Source of the DNA: Jimgerdemannia flammicorona
Taxonomy: Eukaryota
DNA length: 39,138 nucleotides
NCBI GenBank assembly: GCA_003990765.1
Contig: RBNJ01000151.1
Span: 1 to 39,138 of the forward strand
Direction of reading: 5' to 3'
Shown: positions 36,019 to 39,138 of the stretch, in pieces
How the letters are laid out: each line of letters begins with the position of its first letter
Position numbering within the stretch: position 1 is the stretch's first letter
Made by a program: the position numbers and the translations under genes
Notes under the pieces: generated by a model
Told to the model about the DNA's origin: nothing
Databases searched by the model: none
What the model saw: the letters and a program-made list of their open reading frames with translations, nothing else

Positions 36019-37406
36019 TGAAATTTTTCTTTTTTGGGAGGAAAGGTTGTTGATTTCCAAATTAATACTTATGTGTGTCGTGTATTTAAATATTTTTATT
36101 TTTATTTTTATCTTAATACTAAGTAAAAGAGCGTATATTCGTTCACGAAACAAAAACGGCGAATCCACATCCCTTCTTCTCCATATCACGTTTCGAGATC
36201 ATATTTCACAGCAACCCAACTCCCGATTCAGAAATTTGACCAGCCTGAGCCTGATGAACCGGGCAGCAGACATAAAAGCTGATGATGAAACATTGCGAAG
36301 AGATCAAATTCCCTTCTGGGAAGGTGTAGCCTACTCGGGCCCTGAACTCAATGAATCGCTGGGAATTGCTCATGCGGATATAGGTGTGCGTGCTCCCCTA
36401 TAGCGGGATTGGGACGATCTCCAGTTTTCTATCGCATGCTGATACACTACTGTAGCAAAAAGGGTCCCAGGCCGGAAATATTACCTATTCATACCAGGTG
36501 GTATAAAATCATGATCTCGGGGTGGCATATGCAAACACATTCGGTGCCGACCCGAAACTAGTGTGTTACCCGACTCCTGCATATTGGAGTGATAAGTACG
36601 CCAATTCACCTGCTCATTAATTCCTCTTTGTCATTGGAGTCATTTGATGCAAACAATATGGCAAATGACATACTCGTGGTATGCGTCTCTGCGCAGTCGG
36701 CCCCTCTTATCAAGTCCTCAAAGGTGTTAGTTACGATCTGGAAAATCCCTCCGAATAATGTCCACCGTAATTAAGGCTAAGATAACGTCATTGAATTATT
36801 GATTATTGTTGTTGCCATGACCACGTCAGAGGCCAGGGCCCATCTGATTAGTGATACGCCATCACTGAGCCTTTTGCTTATCGCAACGTATCGTAGCCGA
36901 TAGTCTCCTCGTTCCTTGTTCTCATTATTTAATCCTCAGAGTGGTTTGGCCAGGCGATAAGCATGTGCGGGTCAATGCGTAGCTAAACAAAAGGTGCAGC
37001 TGAGGCGCTGCGGCTGTCGCGTCGCACGTTAGATATATTCCATCTTCAATAGATAATCTCTAGTCATGTACCACAGGATGGGCACGCGATCAGGGAGCCA
37101 GGGTCGCAGCAACGTGTGAATGTGAATTCGCTTTTTACAAACAACAATGTACCACCACAATACCCCGCGATCGGTCCTTAAAAGTAGGTTTGTTCGGAAT
37201 GACCTGTCAAACTTAACCTTAAGATCCTGTTCACCAGTTGTTACGTGATATGATTACACAATGCACTTGCAAAAATAGGCGCTGTGTCCTTTTTCCGTAC
37301 TGGGATTCCGCGCTGAGGCGCTGGCGGAGACAGCTATTTAAACTACTCTTTTTTTCGCTTGGCAACACTTTCATCTAATTTAGCCACAGAAAAGACCAGC
37401 AACGCC

Positions 37407-37942
37407 ATGACAAACAACTCCGTCAAAGACGCAAACACATTCGTGAAAAAGGACACAGCGTAGGTTTCATGGACATGTTCAATTTAGTCGTGCACGCCAT
37501 GCTAATGAAACATTTCCCCTGCTATGTCTATATTGCCCGCAGTTGGGATTTCCGAGCTTACTATCCTCAACAATGCGAGAAAATGAACGGCATTCCACAG
37601 TATCTGGATTCATCCCAGACCGAGCCATACGTGACCACTCCTCAAGCAATGAATGTCAGGGATGTCCCCGCATCCCCCATCCAGGTTCACAATGACTTCA
37701 GCGCAAACACGTCGCTACAGCATGTGAACGGTTGGCCGTCGCCAGCCTCTTCGACCTCCAGCGCCGATTCGTATTTCGGTGCTTTCTGTTCATCTCCCAA
37801 AAACCCCGAACTCCAGATCGTCTTGGAGACTGGGAAGCCGGGCAAGCAGCGCAAATTTACTGGACCCCGCGTGACCCAAGCCTGCACGTCGTGCAAGGCT
37901 GCCCACAGGAGGTGCGGCGGTGCGGCATGCGTGTACAGGTAG
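37407..37942 (+). CDS. Zn(II)2Cys6-like transcription factor, apparently truncated
   Basis: Probable first exon at 37407 and intron to 37542, then RVTQACTSCKAAHRRC; only four Cys before the stop, and downstream exons are unclear. Confidence 0.5.
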
Positions 37943-38409
37943 ATACTCTGATCGTGGTTGTTGCGGTATGTTGAATTTCTCGTGGCCTTTTATTGACGCA
38001 CTAGGATGATTGTCGCCTGCCGTTCGCTAATGGGATTCTTTTCTCTATACAGTCGCCGCTGTGGACTCAAATTCTTAGACGAACAAAGTGGTTCGGCGTT
38101 GAATGTGGTATGCTCTCTCCGATAGACATGGTTGAAAAGCAAGATTTTGTATGCGATCGTGCACGTTAATCGTAATGATGCCACGCTGGACGTGGTATAT
38201 ATATACATATATAATTATATATTGCTTCTTCCTCGCCAAATTCCAAACCCCCTATGAAAAGCTTCGGCTTAAGCACTGTTGTAATTTTTATGTAGTTGAA
38301 GAATATGCAAGCAAAACTATGTTATTGATATCGCTCCACACTTTTAAGCTCTCAGGAAAATAAAATAAAAAATTATATCACTCTCATTTGCGGCCGGTCC
38401 TTCATAACA

Positions 38410-38930
38410 ATCCTCCTTTTTATTTTTGGTACTGTTCTCAAAGTGCATCCATCCATGCTTCTTATATAGATGCTTATTCCTCTGATATTGTATATATACA
38501 AGATAAGGTCCTTCCCATTTGGGTCCTAGTTTGGTGATGAATCATACTTCTCAAACAAGGACTTGATATTCAATCTTGATCTCCTGATCTTTCTATTTTT
38601 GATTTCTGTTTTTTTTTTAGCCTTAATTATCTGAGCTCAAGTCTGGTTTTGCAACTGTTCTGCCTTATCAAGAAGTTCTCTGAGGTTCTTGTGATCAACA
38701 GTCCTGATTTTCTTAGTAAATATTATTTTGAATAATTTTTATTTAGTAGAGACAGTAGGGGTATTTCAAATTTTCTATAGAATCTCAGATAAGCAGAGAT
38801 CTTACATAGTTGATAAAATTGACTTAAGAAAGTTCTTTCTTAATGGTCTGATTTATTCATTCTGTCATTTTATTAATTTAGAGATAATGGTATATAGTTC
38901 TTTTTAGGTAAATCTTATAATAGTATATCT
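38410..38930 (-). mobile_element. decayed Ty3/Gypsy integrase C-terminus relic
   Basis: KLGPKWEGPYLV (~38535-38497), followed by purine tract AAAAAGGAGGA and TGTTATG. Confidence 0.65.
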
Positions 38931-39138
38931 TGTGATGGTACAGCCAGATTTGGAAGAAGGAAATAGGGAATAGACACTTGATCGCACCCATTCCCAAAGT
39001 AGTATAGCATTATAGTTAGCAGTCCTCGATTTCGACATTGTCTAATTTCTTAGACATTGTCTAAATTTTAGACATTATCCAAATCGAATACCCCGATTTA
39101 GTATAGCATTTAGACATTGTCCAAATGTTTCGACAAAG
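38931..39138 (+). repeat. second element-1-family LTR (truncated by window end)
   Basis: Closely matches 5102-5310; starts with TGTGAT and has no upstream PPT, so it is a 5' or solo LTR. Confidence 0.9.

Noticed and set aside
35999..36774. ORFs downstream of ALG7
   Set aside because: They overlap the AT-rich 3' UTR, with no recognisable motifs or exon structure.
5102..39138. One giant element bounded by the LTRs at 5102 and 38931
   Set aside because: The left LTR follows a PPT and pol (3' LTR), the right one lacks a PPT, and the interior holds ordinary intron-containing genes.

Overview
Eukaryotic, intron-rich fungal DNA; an early-diverging lineage such as Mucoromycota is my inference from gene style only. 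Positions 1-18.4 kb are a nest of decayed LTR retrotransposons. Element 1 (+, left end outside the window) is Ty3/Gypsy with order NC-PR-CysHis module-dUTPase-RT-RH-IN, an extra 3' ORF and a 478-bp LTR. Element 2 (-, 5887-16265, GTTAG target-site duplication) is a complete chromovirus with order NC-dUTPase-CysHis module-PR-RT-RH-IN-chromodomain and ~2.05-2.1 kb LTRs whose U3 carries a reconstructable ~365-aa orphan ORF. Both sit in older, AT-shifted relics. From 20.4 to 38 kb there is a GC/CpG-rich gene island: cysteine dioxygenase, a doubly disrupted MDP-1 phosphatase, an Apd1/Aim32-type ferredoxin, a TTC1-like TPR protein, CSTF2/RNA15, AtuA/DUF1446, ALG7/DPAGT1 and a truncated Zn2Cys6-like gene. 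The island is interrupted at 28.3-31.2 kb by a decayed Fanzor/TnpB-like nuclease with a hairpin-rich 3' region and other relic DNA. A second element-1-family LTR begins at the right edge. The main leads are the shared dUTPase-linked CxH-x12-CxxC module, the LTR-encoded PPxY protein and the Fanzor relic.
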